Below, piece after piece: positions 9,316-20,426 of a DNA stretch of 64,000 bases (its first letter is position 1; each line of letters begins with the position of its first letter). The position numbers and the translations under genes are program-made. Below the pieces are notes generated by a model, which was not told the DNA's origin, did no database searches, and worked only from the letters and a program-made list of their open reading frames with translations. This DNA is from an uncultured Gemmatimonadales bacterium (GTDB lineage: Bacteria > Gemmatimonadota > Gemmatimonadetes > Gemmatimonadales > GWC2-71-9): NCBI GenBank assembly GCA_963748815.1, contig CAVVKJ010000011.1:32001-96000 (forward strand). The letters are read 5' to 3'.

Positions 9316-9699
9316 ATGAATTCGCGCACAGGCAACCTGGTCGGCGCCATCCTGCTGCTCGCCTTGTTCGCGTATCTCGGGGTGCGGATTTCGCTGGCGG
9401 CCGCGGGCACCGAGCTCCCGACGGGACAACGCGCCGTCATGCTGCTGCAGTGGTGGTACGCGGTGCTGGCGGCGCTGGCGATCGTCGGCCTGCTCCTCCG
9501 CCACGGCGGCACCCGCCTGGTCCTTTTCGCCTGGGCGGCGATCTTCACCCTCCGGTACGCGCTGGCGCCCATCTATCTGGGCGGCAAGGGCATCGGGCTC
9601 GCCGTGGCCGGCGGCGCAATCGGGCTCGCCATCGCGAGCGGCGTGGTCTACCTCGGGTTCCGGGCCCTGGAACCCCCGGGCGGTGCTCCCCCCGCATGA
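9316..9699 (+). CDS. Hypothetical 4-TM membrane protein
   Basis: AGGAGG RBS; hydrophobic segments; coupled to next gene. Confidence 0.75.
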   Translation: MNSRTGNLVGAILLLALFAYLGVRISLAAAGTELPTGQRAVMLLQWWYAVLAALAIVGLLLRHGGTRLVLFAWAAIFTLRYALAPIYLGGKGIGLAVAGGAIGLAIASGVVYLGFRALEPPGGAPPA

Positions 9700-10097
9700 G
9701 CGCTGCCAACGACGCCGCGCCGATCCCGGTGCGCGTGCGCGCCGCCGACGGCACCGCGCGCGACGACGGCTGGGTGCGCACCGCGCGCCGTCCGTTCGCG
9801 GCCCGAGTCGGCGAAGGTCTGCTGATGGCCGGCGGCGGCACCGCCATCGGCGTCCTCCTGCTCCCGATTCCGCTGGTGCACCTCTTCGGGATCATGTTTG
9901 CGCTCACCACCTGGTGGTTCGCGCTGCAGCGGGTGCGGACCGACACCGTCGTGGTGAACGTCGGCGGGACCTGCCCGCACTGCGGCACGGCGGGGACCTT
10001 CTTCGCCGGCTTCGGGCGGAAGCGGTACCGGCTGCCGATCTCCACCTCCTGCCCGTCCTGTTCTCACGCCCTCACTCTCGAGCCGCTCCCCCGATGA
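9696..10097 (+). CDS. Hypothetical membrane protein with C-terminal zinc ribbon
   Basis: TM hairpin then CPHC...CPSC; ATGA overlaps on both sides. Confidence 0.75.
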   Translation: MSAANDAAPIPVRVRAADGTARDDGWVRTARRPFAARVGEGLLMAGGGTAIGVLLLPIPLVHLFGIMFALTTWWFALQRVRTDTVVVNVGGTCPHCGTAGTFFAGFGRKRYRLPISTSCPSCSHALTLEPLPR

Positions 10098-10576
10098 ATT
10101 TGTACCGAATCAAGGTCACCACCATCGATGGCCAGACGATCCCGATGTCCACCTACAAGGGACGCGTCCTGTTGATCGTGAACGTGGCCAGCAAGTGCGG
10201 CTATACGCCGCAATACGCCGGGCTTGACGCCCTCTCTCGCACGTACGAGCGCCGGGGGCTGACGGTGCTGGGATTCCCCTGCGACCAGTTCGGCAACCAG
10301 GAGCCGGGAGACGACGCGTCGATCAAGGAGTTCTGCTCCCTGACCTACGACGTCTCCTTCCCGATGTTCTCGAAGATCGACGTGAACGGCGCCGACGCCC
10401 ATCCCCTGTACGTGCACCTCAAGGCCGCGAAGCCGGGCCTCCTGGGCACTGAGGGGATCAAGTGGAATTTCACGAAGTTCCTCGTCGACCGGGGCGGCGC
10501 CGTGGTCAAGCGCTACGCGCCGACCGACACCCCCGAGGCCATCGAGCCGGACATCGTCGCGCTGCTCGCGAAGTAG
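10094..10576 (+). CDS. Glutathione peroxidase (Cys-type)
   Basis: VNVASKCGYT, LGFPCDQFGNQEPG, IKWNFTKFL. Confidence 0.95.
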   Translation: MNLYRIKVTTIDGQTIPMSTYKGRVLLIVNVASKCGYTPQYAGLDALSRTYERRGLTVLGFPCDQFGNQEPGDDASIKEFCSLTYDVSFPMFSKIDVNGADAHPLYVHLKAAKPGLLGTEGIKWNFTKFLVDRGGAVVKRYAPTDTPEAIEPDIVALLAK

Positions 10577-10620
10577 CTCCGCTGGCTGATCGACCGGCTC
10601 ACCTGGAAGGCGGCGGATCG

Positions 10621-10782
10621 ATGGGGAAGATCATGGCACTGGTCGGCACGACCATCGGGGGCGCGGTGGGCTGGTGGCTGGGCGCGCGGGCTGGAGTGAT
10701 GACGGCCTTCGTCTGCAGCATGGTGGGCACCGGCGTCGGACTCTACGCGGCCCGGCGCTTCACGCAGGACTATCTGGAGTGA
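10621..10782 (+). CDS. Small Gly-rich membrane protein (53 aa)
   Basis: Two Gly-rich hydrophobic helices; GTGA overlap with next gene. Confidence 0.65.
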   Translation: MGKIMALVGTTIGGAVGWWLGARAGVMTAFVCSMVGTGVGLYAARRFTQDYLE

Positions 10783-11642
10783 TCGACACCCGGCGCACCA
10801 CCGCCCTGACGGCGCTCGCGCTGCTCGCCTTTGCCGGTAATTCGATCCTCTGCCGGATGGCCCTCGGCGGTCACCTGATGGATCCCGCCGGGTTCACGGC
10901 GGTGCGCCTCGCATCGGGCGCCCTCACCCTCTGGCTCCTCCTCGCCGTCCGGGGCGCCGGTGCACCGCGCCTCGCGGGGCACTGGGCCTCCGCCGCCGCC
11001 CTATTCATGTACGCCGCCGCCTTCAGCCTGGCGTACGTCTCCCTCGACGCCGGGACGGGAGCGCTCATCCTCTTCGGCGCCGTGCAGGTCACGATGCTCC
11101 TCGCCGGCCTGCGCGCCGGAGAGCGCCCCCGCCCCACCGAATGGCTCGGCCTTGCCCTCGCGCTGACCGGGCTCGTGGTCCTGGTGCGGCCGGGGCTCTC
11201 CGCCCCGGCGCCGGGAGGCGCCGCGTTGATGGCGACGGCCGGGATCGCGTGGGGCGTCTACTCGCTGCGGGGACGGGGCAGCCGGGAACCACTCCGCAAC
11301 ACCGCGGGCAACTTCATGATGGCCGCGCCGGTGGCCCTCCTCCTGGTGCCGCTGGCCGGCGGGGTCCACGCCTGGACCCCGGCCGGACTCGCCCTCGCCG
11401 CGGCCTCCGGCGCACTCGCCTCCGGTGTCGGCTATGCGGTCTGGTACGCCGCGCTCCCCGCCCTCTCCGCCACGCGCGCCGCGCTGGTCCAGCTGCTGGT
11501 GCCCGTCCTTGCGGCGGCCGGGGGAGTGGCGCTCCTTTCCGAGGTCATACCGCTCCGCCTCCCCGTGGCCGCGGCCCTGGTGCTGGGAGGCGTGGCGCTG
11601 GCCGTCACCGCCCGATCCCCCGGACACGGGAGGCAGCCCTGA
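10779..11642 (+). CDS. DMT/EamA family transporter
   Basis: About 10 TM; AFAGNSILCR, FTAVRLASGA, GTGALILFG. Confidence 0.88.
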   Translation: MIDTRRTTALTALALLAFAGNSILCRMALGGHLMDPAGFTAVRLASGALTLWLLLAVRGAGAPRLAGHWASAAALFMYAAAFSLAYVSLDAGTGALILFGAVQVTMLLAGLRAGERPRPTEWLGLALALTGLVVLVRPGLSAPAPGGAALMATAGIAWGVYSLRGRGSREPLRNTAGNFMMAAPVALLLVPLAGGVHAWTPAGLALAAASGALASGVGYAVWYAALPALSATRAALVQLLVPVLAAAGGVALLSEVIPLRLPVAAALVLGGVALAVTARSPGHGRQP

Positions 11643-12424
11643 TGCGCATCGCCCTGACCCGCGACGTCAGCCCCGCCATGCACCTCTGCGAACTCAGCCA
11701 CCTCGCGCGCACGCCGATCGACCACGACCGCGCCCTGGCCCAGCACGCGGCGTATGAGCAGTGCCTCATGGAACTCGGCTGCCACGTGCATCGACTGCCG
11801 TCGGACGCCTCGATGCCCGACGCCGTGTTCATCGAGGACACCGCGGTCGTGGTGGACGAACTCGCCGTGATCGCCCGGCCCGGCGCGAAGTCACGCCGCG
11901 GGGAAACGGAAACGGTGGCGGCCGCCCTCGGTCGGTACCGGTCGCTGGCCGCGATCGAGGCGCCGGGGACGGTCGACGGCGGCGACGTGCTGCGGGTCGG
12001 GCGGACCTTCTTTGTCGGGGACTCGGCGCGGAGCAACCGCGACGGCATCGCGCAGCTGGGCGAGTTGCTCGCGCCGTACGACTACCGGGTTGTGCCAGTC
12101 GTCACGCGGGACTGCCTCCACCTCAAAACCGCCGCGACCGTCGCCGCGCCGGGCGTGGTCGTCCTCAACCCCGCCTGGGTGGACCGCGCGCTCTTCGAGC
12201 ACGCGACCGTCGTCGAGGTCGACCCGGCGGAGCCATTCGCCGGGAATGTGCTCCGGGTCGGCGAGACGACCATCTGCGGAGCGGCGTTTCCACGGACGAA
12301 CCGCCGCCTCGAGACGGCGGGGGTCGCCGTGCGGACGGTGGACATGTCGGAATTCGCGAAGGCCGAAGGCGGGGTGACCTGCTGCAGCATCATCTTCGAG
12401 ACGACGGAGGGCCCCGGAACATGA
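11642..12424 (+). CDS. Dimethylarginine dimethylaminohydrolase (amidinotransferase family)
   Basis: PDAVFIED, DGGDV, HLKT, KAEGGVTCCS catalytic motifs. Confidence 0.9.
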   Translation: MRIALTRDVSPAMHLCELSHLARTPIDHDRALAQHAAYEQCLMELGCHVHRLPSDASMPDAVFIEDTAVVVDELAVIARPGAKSRRGETETVAAALGRYRSLAAIEAPGTVDGGDVLRVGRTFFVGDSARSNRDGIAQLGELLAPYDYRVVPVVTRDCLHLKTAATVAAPGVVVLNPAWVDRALFEHATVVEVDPAEPFAGNVLRVGETTICGAAFPRTNRRLETAGVAVRTVDMSEFAKAEGGVTCCSIIFETTEGPGT

Positions 12425-12792
12425 CCTTCGCGCGGCGCGTCTTCACGGTGGCCTGGGTGTACGGCTTCCTGTCACTGCTCCCGATGTATTTCATGGAGGC
12501 CTGGTACATGGAGCGCCTCCCGCCGGCGCTCACCCACCCGGAGTTCTACTACGGATTCATCGGCGTGGCGCTCGCCTGGCAGGCGCTCTTCGTCCTCATC
12601 GCGCGGGAACCGGCGCGGCTGCGGCCGGCCATGCTGCCCGCGGTGCTGGAAAAGCTGGGATGGGGGATCGCGGTGCCGGTGCTCGTGCTGCAGGGCCGGG
12701 CGCCGAGCTTCTTCCTCCCGGCGGCGGCCATTGACCTGCTGCTCGCGGTGCTGTTCGTGATGGCGTGGCGGAAGACCTCGGAGCCCCAATGA
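12421..12792 (+). CDS. Hypothetical 4-TM membrane protein
   Basis: HPEFYYGFIGVALAWQ; ATGA coupling. Confidence 0.75.
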   Translation: MTFARRVFTVAWVYGFLSLLPMYFMEAWYMERLPPALTHPEFYYGFIGVALAWQALFVLIAREPARLRPAMLPAVLEKLGWGIAVPVLVLQGRAPSFFLPAAAIDLLLAVLFVMAWRKTSEPQ

Positions 12793-13364
12793 CTCGTCCC
12801 TGTGTGGCAGCCCCCCTTGTGCTCCTCGCCTTGCTCGCGGCCATCCCGGCGAGCGGCCACGCCCAGGACGCCAAGCAGCGCACCAAGTGCGCGGAGGCGG
12901 TGCAGCTCTTCCGGTCCGCCGACCGGGACATGGCGAAGTTCTTCGAGACGGCGGTGGGGTACGCCATCTTCCCGTCGGTCGGGAAGGGGGCGTTCATCGT
13001 CGGCGGCGCCGCCGGCACCGGGTGCCTCTACGAGGGAGGCGCCATCATCGGCCAGGCGAAGCTGGCGCAGGTGACCGTCGGCTTCCAGCTCGGTGGGCAG
13101 GCGTACGCCGAGATTATCTTCTTCCAGAGTGACGACGCCCTCGCCTCGTTCAAGTCGAGCAAGTTCGAGATGAGCGCCCAGGTCAGCGCCGTGGCGGCCG
13201 CCAGCGGGGCCTCGGCCAATGCCAAGTACGAGCTCGGCGTGCTGGTCTTCACGATTGCCAAGGGCGGGTTGATGTACGAAGCGTCGGTCGGCGGACAGAA
13301 GTTCACCTTCAAGCCGGTGGCAGATCCGCCATCGGCCGAGACCGCCGCCCCAGCGCAGGACTGA
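12789..13364 (+). CDS. Secreted Ysc84/SYLF lipid-binding domain protein
   Basis: FPSVGKGAFIVGG..G.G, GFQLGGQ, GGLMYEASVGGQKF. Confidence 0.88.
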   Translation: MTRPCVAAPLVLLALLAAIPASGHAQDAKQRTKCAEAVQLFRSADRDMAKFFETAVGYAIFPSVGKGAFIVGGAAGTGCLYEGGAIIGQAKLAQVTVGFQLGGQAYAEIIFFQSDDALASFKSSKFEMSAQVSAVAAASGASANAKYELGVLVFTIAKGGLMYEASVGGQKFTFKPVADPPSAETAAPAQD

Positions 13365-13387
13365 CGGACCGCGGCAGGAGCGTTCTT

Positions 13388-14140
13388 ATGGCGCTGTACG
13401 AGGAATTCGTCGATTCAGGACAGTGGCTCTTTCAACGCCGGAGCTGGCTGCCAATCGCCGGCGTCGCGCTGCTCCTCACGCAGGTGTGGTCGGCGGCGGC
13501 GGTCGGACGCCTCCCGCTCATCCCGGACGCCTGGCCATTCATCTGCTTCGGGATTTCGTTGTTCGGGCTGGTCCTGCGTGCCTACACGGTCGGCACCGCC
13601 GCTCCCGGCACCTCCGGACGCAATCGGGGCCAACAGGTCGCCCAGTCGCTCAATACCACCGGTCCCTACTCGGTGGTGCGGCACCCCCTCTACTTCGCCA
13701 ACGCCGTGATGTGGCTCGGGCCGGCCCTCTACCCCCAGCGCGCCTGGTTCGTCGCCGTCTTCGCCCTGGCGTTCTGGCTGTACTACGAGCGGATCATGTT
13801 CGCCGAGGAGGAGTTCCTCCGGGGCAAGTACGGGAAGGAGTTCACGGAGTGGGCAGCCCGCACCCCCGCCTTCCTGCCCCGGCTCCGACTCTGGCAACGC
13901 TCGCGGCATCCGTTCGGCCTCCGGATCGTCCTGCGTCGGGAATACACCGGGCTGCTCCTGCTGGTGGTGCTCTTCGCCGCGCTCGATTCACTCCACTTCT
14001 GGGCCGCCGCACGGGAATGGGAAATCGAAAGCTTCTGGGAATGGAGCCTCATCCTCGGCGCGGCCCTGGCGATGGGCCTGCGCATGCTGCGCCGGCACTC
14101 GACGCTCCTCGAAGACCGGCCCTCGAAGGCGAAGAGCTGA
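13388..14140 (+). CDS. ICMT/PEMT-family membrane methyltransferase, resembling lipid A phosphate methyltransferase LmtA
   Basis: GTSGRN, LNTTGPYSVVRHPLY, YYERIMFAEE.FL, TPAF.P. Confidence 0.8.
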   Translation: MALYEEFVDSGQWLFQRRSWLPIAGVALLLTQVWSAAAVGRLPLIPDAWPFICFGISLFGLVLRAYTVGTAAPGTSGRNRGQQVAQSLNTTGPYSVVRHPLYFANAVMWLGPALYPQRAWFVAVFALAFWLYYERIMFAEEEFLRGKYGKEFTEWAARTPAFLPRLRLWQRSRHPFGLRIVLRREYTGLLLLVVLFAALDSLHFWAAAREWEIESFWEWSLILGAALAMGLRMLRRHSTLLEDRPSKAKS

Positions 14141-14145
14141 CCCCG

Positions 14146-14182
14146 AAACGAAAGGGCCGGCCCGACAGAGTCGGACCGGCCC
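14146..14182 (-). terminator. Intrinsic terminator of the cold-shock gene
   Basis: 13-bp GC stem (14154-14182) followed by UUUCGUUUC on the minus strand. Confidence 0.7.
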
Positions 14183-14220
14183 AGGCTCGGTAGCCGGCGA
14201 CGCCGGCGTCCCCTCTCGAC

Positions 14221-14430
14221 TTACTTGAGCTTGACGACGTTCTCGGCCGCGGGCCCCTTGGCGCCCTGGACGATGTCGAATTCAACCCGCTCGCCTTCGG
14301 CAAGCGACTTGAAGCCCTGGCCCGAGATGGCCGAGTGGTGGACGAAGCAGTCCTTCTGGCCGCCTTCGGGGGTGATGAAACCGAAGCCCTTGGCGTCGTT
14401 GAACCACTTCACGGTGCCGGTCGTACGCAT
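14221..14430 (-). CDS. Cold-shock protein (CspA family, 69 aa)
   Basis: [15 protein letters not shown] (RNP1), FVHHSAI (RNP2); AGGAG RBS. Confidence 0.96.
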   Translation of the reverse strand: MRTTGTVKWFNDAKGFGFITPEGGQKDCFVHHSAISGQGFKSLAEGERVEFDIVQGAKGPAAENVVKLK

Positions 14431-14649
14431 GCGGTACTCCTGATGGTGTGGTGTAATCGGAGTCCGGGCATGCCGTCCTGGCCGACTACGGTTGTTCCGG
14501 GCACACCGCCGGACGGCGGGGACCCATGCGGACCGGGAACCAAAAAAGGGCACCGCGAATGCGAGCCCTTGAGTGAAACCCGGCACTAATCCACGCCGAA
14601 AGACGTGTTTCCGCAGAGCCAAGCTAAGACACGCCCGCTGAACGCACAA
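14431..14649 (-). promoter_or_regulatory. csp promoter and ~185-nt structured 5' leader
   Basis: TTGTGC-N17-TAGCTT (14649-14621); leader holds a UUCG-containing hairpin and a hairpin+U6 at 14570-14542. Confidence 0.6.
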
Positions 14650-14701
14650 GACCGGAAATCGACCATACCGAATAAATCCCGAATCGAGGCAATATTGCCG
14701 G

Positions 14702-15402
14702 ATGCCTGACATCGGCCACGCCCTCGCCTACTACGCCGTCTTCCTGGTGTCCGTCACCGTGCACGAGGCGGCCCACGCCTGGGCGGCCCTGCTCGGCGGA
14801 GACAAGACCGCCTACCACGGGGGACAGGTCACCCTCGACCCCCGTCCCCATATCCGGCGGGAACCGATGGGGTTGCTCTGGATTCCCCTCATCAGCGCCC
14901 TGATTTCCGGCTGGCCGATCGGGTTCGCCAGCGCGCCCTATGATCCCGCCTGGGCCCGCCGGTACCCGAAGCGCGCCGCCTGGATGGCGCTCGCCGGCCC
15001 GGCCTCCAACCTGCTCCTCGTCCTCCTGGCCTTCGCCGCCCTTCGGATCGGGGCGAACGCGGGCCTCTTCTTCCCGCCCGAGCGCGCCGGCTTCGACCGC
15101 CTCGCCGCGACCGACGCCGGCGCCACCTGGTCGGCGATCGTCTTCGTCCTGAGCGTGGTGCTTTCGCTCAACCTCCTGCTGGCCGTCCTCAACCTCTTTC
15201 CCTTCCCGCCCCTCGACGGGAGCGGGGTGGTCCCGCTCTTCCTGGGCGACCGCGCCACCGTGAAGTACCAGGACTTCATCTGGCACAACCGCGGCCTCGG
15301 CATCATCGGCATCCTCATCGCCTGGCAGCTCTTCAGCTACGTGTTCGACCCGGTGTTCCGCTTGACCCTCAATCTTCTCTACCCCGGAGCGGGGTACCAC
15401 TG

Positions 15403-15403
<1 letters not shown>
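14702..15403 (+). CDS. Site-2 protease (M50 family)
   Basis: [21 protein letters not shown]. Confidence 0.92.
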
Positions 15404-17461
<2,058 letters not shown>

Positions 17462-17559
17462 GTCGGGTATGTCCGGCAGGACCGTGTACCGCACGCTATA
17501 TTCCCAGAGTACGTCCCATTTCTCTGGCCGCCCTCGACGGGCGGAAGGCGCGGTTCCCG

Positions 17560-18657
17560 ATGTCCACAATTCGAGTCACCTTTCCCAGCCGCGACGCTGC
17601 GTCGTTCTCGGATGACGTGAAGGCGCGGGTCTCCGACTACTTCACCTCCCGCGGCCTCTCCGACAAGGCCGACTGGCGCATGGTCCTGAAGGGGCTGATC
17701 CTGCTCGCGGTCACCTTTGTCCCCTACGGATTGATTCTCAGCAACAACTTCGGCCCCTGGACCATGCTCGGCCTGGCGGTGGTGATGGGCGTGGGCGTGG
17801 CCGGCATCGGCTTCAGCATCTCGCACGACGCCCTGCACGGCGCCTACTCGAACAACGCCACGGTCAACCGTGTCATCGGCTGGTCGTTCGACATCTGCGG
17901 CGCCAACGGGTACATGTGGAAGGTCACGCACAACGTGATCCACCACACCTACACCAACATCGAGGGACTCGACGAGGACCTCACCGTCTCGCCCCTCCTC
18001 CGGCTCTCGCCGCACACCGAGTGGAAGCCGATCCACCGCTTCCAGCACCTCTACGGTTTCCTGGCCTACAGCTTCTCGACACTCTTCTGGGTGTTCGTGA
18101 AGGACTACAAGTACTTCCTCCAGAAGGACATCGGACCGTTCCTCGACCGGAAGAATCCGCGGAAGGAAGTCGCCGGACTCTTCATCGGGAAGGCGATCTA
18201 CTACAGCTGGGCCATCCTCATCCCGTTCTTCGTGGTGAACGTGCCGTGGTGGCAGTTCGTCATCGGCTTCGTGGTGATGAACCTCGTGGCCGGCACCATC
18301 CTCGGCGTGGTGTTCCAGCTGGCGCACGTCGTGGAGGACATCACCTACCCGACGCCCGACGCGGCCGGGGCCATGGGCTCGGCCTGGATGCAGCACGAGA
18401 TGGAGACGACCTCCGACTTCGGCCCGAAGAACTGGCTGCTCTGCTGGTATGTCGGCGGACTCAACTTCCAGGTGGAACACCACCTCTTCCCGAAGGTGTG
18501 CAGCATTCACTATCCCGCCATCAGCGAGATCGTGAAGCAGACCGCCCTGGCGCACGGCCTGCCGTACAACCAGCACGCCACACTGCGCGAGGCGGTCGCG
18601 TCGCACTACAAGTCGCTCAAGCGTCTCAGCCTCGAACCGCTGGCCGCCGCCGCCTGA
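17560..18657 (+). CDS. Membrane fatty acid (acyl-CoA) desaturase
   Basis: His boxes HDALH, HNVIHH, QVEHHLFP. Confidence 0.92.
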   Translation: MSTIRVTFPSRDAASFSDDVKARVSDYFTSRGLSDKADWRMVLKGLILLAVTFVPYGLILSNNFGPWTMLGLAVVMGVGVAGIGFSISHDALHGAYSNNATVNRVIGWSFDICGANGYMWKVTHNVIHHTYTNIEGLDEDLTVSPLLRLSPHTEWKPIHRFQHLYGFLAYSFSTLFWVFVKDYKYFLQKDIGPFLDRKNPRKEVAGLFIGKAIYYSWAILIPFFVVNVPWWQFVIGFVVMNLVAGTILGVVFQLAHVVEDITYPTPDAAGAMGSAWMQHEMETTSDFGPKNWLLCWYVGGLNFQVEHHLFPKVCSIHYPAISEIVKQTALAHGLPYNQHATLREAVASHYKSLKRLSLEPLAAAA

Positions 18658-18673
18658 CGGGCGCCCGATCGGC

Positions 18674-19192
18674 GTGAGACGGTTCTGGTACTGGCGGTGG
18701 CGGCTCCTCGGCCGGGAACCGGCGGCCTGCCTCGGATGCGGCGGGCCGCTGACGCAACAGGCGGTGGCGTGGTGCCACGCCGCCGCCGGCCAGGTGGAAC
18801 TTTCCCTGCAGGGACTTCCCTTCCGCGTCTGCGGCAACGGCTGCACCGACCGGCGGCAACCGCGGGCCGGATTCGTCGCCGAACTCGAGGCGGCACTTCT
18901 CGACGGCGGCCACATCCCGATGGCCCACCCGACCGGACAGGCGGGAGCCCTCAGCTGCTACGCCTGCGCCAACCGGGTCTGGCAACCGGACAGCGGCAGC
19001 GGCGAGGTGCACGGCACCCTCCCCTTCCCCGGCCTTCCCGCCATGAACGCCACTGTGCGCGGCCCGGTCCGGACCTGCAACGGGTGCGGGCGGATGCAGC
19101 TGCTCCCCTCGGAGAGCATCCGCGCCGATCTCATCGCGGCGCTGGCCGAGGCGATCGAGGCCGCCGGCGTGCGGTCCAGCTTCCGCAAGTAA
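18674..19192 (+). CDS. Hypothetical Cys-rich protein, tandem zinc-finger-like
   Basis: CLGC, CGNGC, CYAC, CNGC in two similar halves. Confidence 0.65.
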   Translation: MRRFWYWRWRLLGREPAACLGCGGPLTQQAVAWCHAAAGQVELSLQGLPFRVCGNGCTDRRQPRAGFVAELEAALLDGGHIPMAHPTGQAGALSCYACANRVWQPDSGSGEVHGTLPFPGLPAMNATVRGPVRTCNGCGRMQLLPSESIRADLIAALAEAIEAAGVRSSFRK

Positions 19193-19810
19193 TCAGCGCC
19201 GCATCAGCACCCGCTCCACCGAGTGCCGAGGCGACTCGAATCCCTCCTCGGCGGGGTACCCCACCGCCACCAGCGCCGGCACCCGGGCGTATTCGGGCAG
19301 TCCGAGCACCGACTTCACCTTGTCCGGGTCGAAGCCGAGCATCGGCGAGGTGCCGAGTCCCATGCTCTCGGCGATCAGCAGCAGGTACCCCAGCGCGATG
19401 TAACTCTGTTCCGCCCCCCACTCCTCCCGCTCCGCATTCGACTTGGCGCCCAGGGTGCCAAGGAGATGCGCCTTGGTGCCGGCGGCCTTGTCGGCCGGCA
19501 GCGTCGCGGCAAAGGTTTCCTCGATGGTGTCGAGGGCGTCGCGTGTGTCGGTGTACAGCACCAGCAACACCGGCGCGGCGCCGACCTGCGCCTGGCCGTA
19601 GGCCGCGGCCTGCAGTTCGTCCTTGAGTTGCTGGTCGCGGACCGCCACCCAGCGCCAGGGCTGGACGTTGAACGCCGAAGGGGCCTGACCGGCGCTTCCA
19701 ACCAGGTGCGCGAGTTCGGCGTCGGGGACTGGGGCATCGGTGTACCGCCGAATGGAGCGGCGCGATTCGGCGGCGTCGACGACGGCCTGCGCGAGCGGGG
19801 TGGTAATCAT
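19193..19810 (-). CDS. Nitroreductase family protein
   Basis: RRSIRRY, APSAFNVQPW, GLGTSPMLGFD, VAVGYP; AAGGAG RBS. Confidence 0.92.
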   Translation of the reverse strand: MITTPLAQAVVDAAESRRSIRRYTDAPVPDAELAHLVGSAGQAPSAFNVQPWRWVAVRDQQLKDELQAAAYGQAQVGAAPVLLVLYTDTRDALDTIEETFAATLPADKAAGTKAHLLGTLGAKSNAEREEWGAEQSYIALGYLLLIAESMGLGTSPMLGFDPDKVKSVLGLPEYARVPALVAVGYPAEEGFESPRHSVERVLMRR

Positions 19811-19826
19811 ATCTGTGTGCTCCTTA

Positions 19827-19844
19827 TTAATGTGATAACACATA
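19827..19844. promoter_or_regulatory. Candidate MarR operator 1
   Basis: TTAATGTGATAACACATA, dyad core ATGTG-N4-CACAT; reverse complement 16/18 identical to 20372-20389. Confidence 0.65.
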
Positions 19845-19881
19845 TTGATTTCAAACAAAGCCCCGGAACCCGGGGCCAGGC

Positions 19882-20361
19882 CTACGCGGAGTTCCGCGGC
19901 ATCAACCGACGCACCTCGTCCAGGACGGAAATCAGCTGCCGCAGGCGGGCGGCCGAGATGGTGCCCACTTCGCGTTCCTCGATTTGCCTGAGTGGCACGG
20001 CCGCCTGCTCCAGCACCGCGAGGCCACGCGAGGTGATGGTGGAGGTCACCACGCGCCGGTCGTCGGTGTCCCGCGCCCGCGCCACGAACCCCATCTTCTC
20101 GAGTCGATCGAGCAGCCGCGTGGTGTCGGCCACCGGCGCCACGAGACGGGCCTGGACCTCGCAACGCGGCAGCCCGGCCGGGCCGGCCCCGCGCAGGATC
20201 CGAAGCACGTTGTACTGCGTTGGTGTGATCCCAAGCGGACGAAGCAACTCGGCGAGGCGCAGGTCCAGCAACGCCGCCGTGCGCTTGATGCTCACCACCG
20301 CCTCCTGCACCGGGGAGGGGAAAGGCCTGGTCTGCTTCAGTTCCCTTGCGAGTTGGCTCAT
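19882..20361 (-). CDS. MarR family transcriptional regulator
   Basis: ITPTQYNVLRILRG, TTRLLDRLEKMGFV.R...DDRRVV...IT..G. Confidence 0.92.
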   Translation of the reverse strand: MSQLARELKQTRPFPSPVQEAVVSIKRTAALLDLRLAELLRPLGITPTQYNVLRILRGAGPAGLPRCEVQARLVAPVADTTRLLDRLEKMGFVARARDTDDRRVVTSTITSRGLAVLEQAAVPLRQIEEREVGTISAARLRQLISVLDEVRRLMPRNSA

Positions 20362-20367
20362 GGGTGA

Positions 20368-20396
20368 ATATTATGTGTTGTCACACTAAATGTCAA
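20368..20396 (-). promoter_or_regulatory. marR promoter (leaderless) with operator 2 in the spacer
   Basis: TTGACA-N17-TAATAT-N6-ATG on the minus strand; TATGTGTTGTCACACTAA at 20372-20389. Confidence 0.75.
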
Positions 20397-20426
20397 GTGT
20401 CGTATCTGATACGGAGGATATCCCCG

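Noticed and set aside
10094..10576. Selenocysteine-containing glutathione peroxidase
   Set aside because: The active-site codon is TGC (Cys); no in-frame TGA
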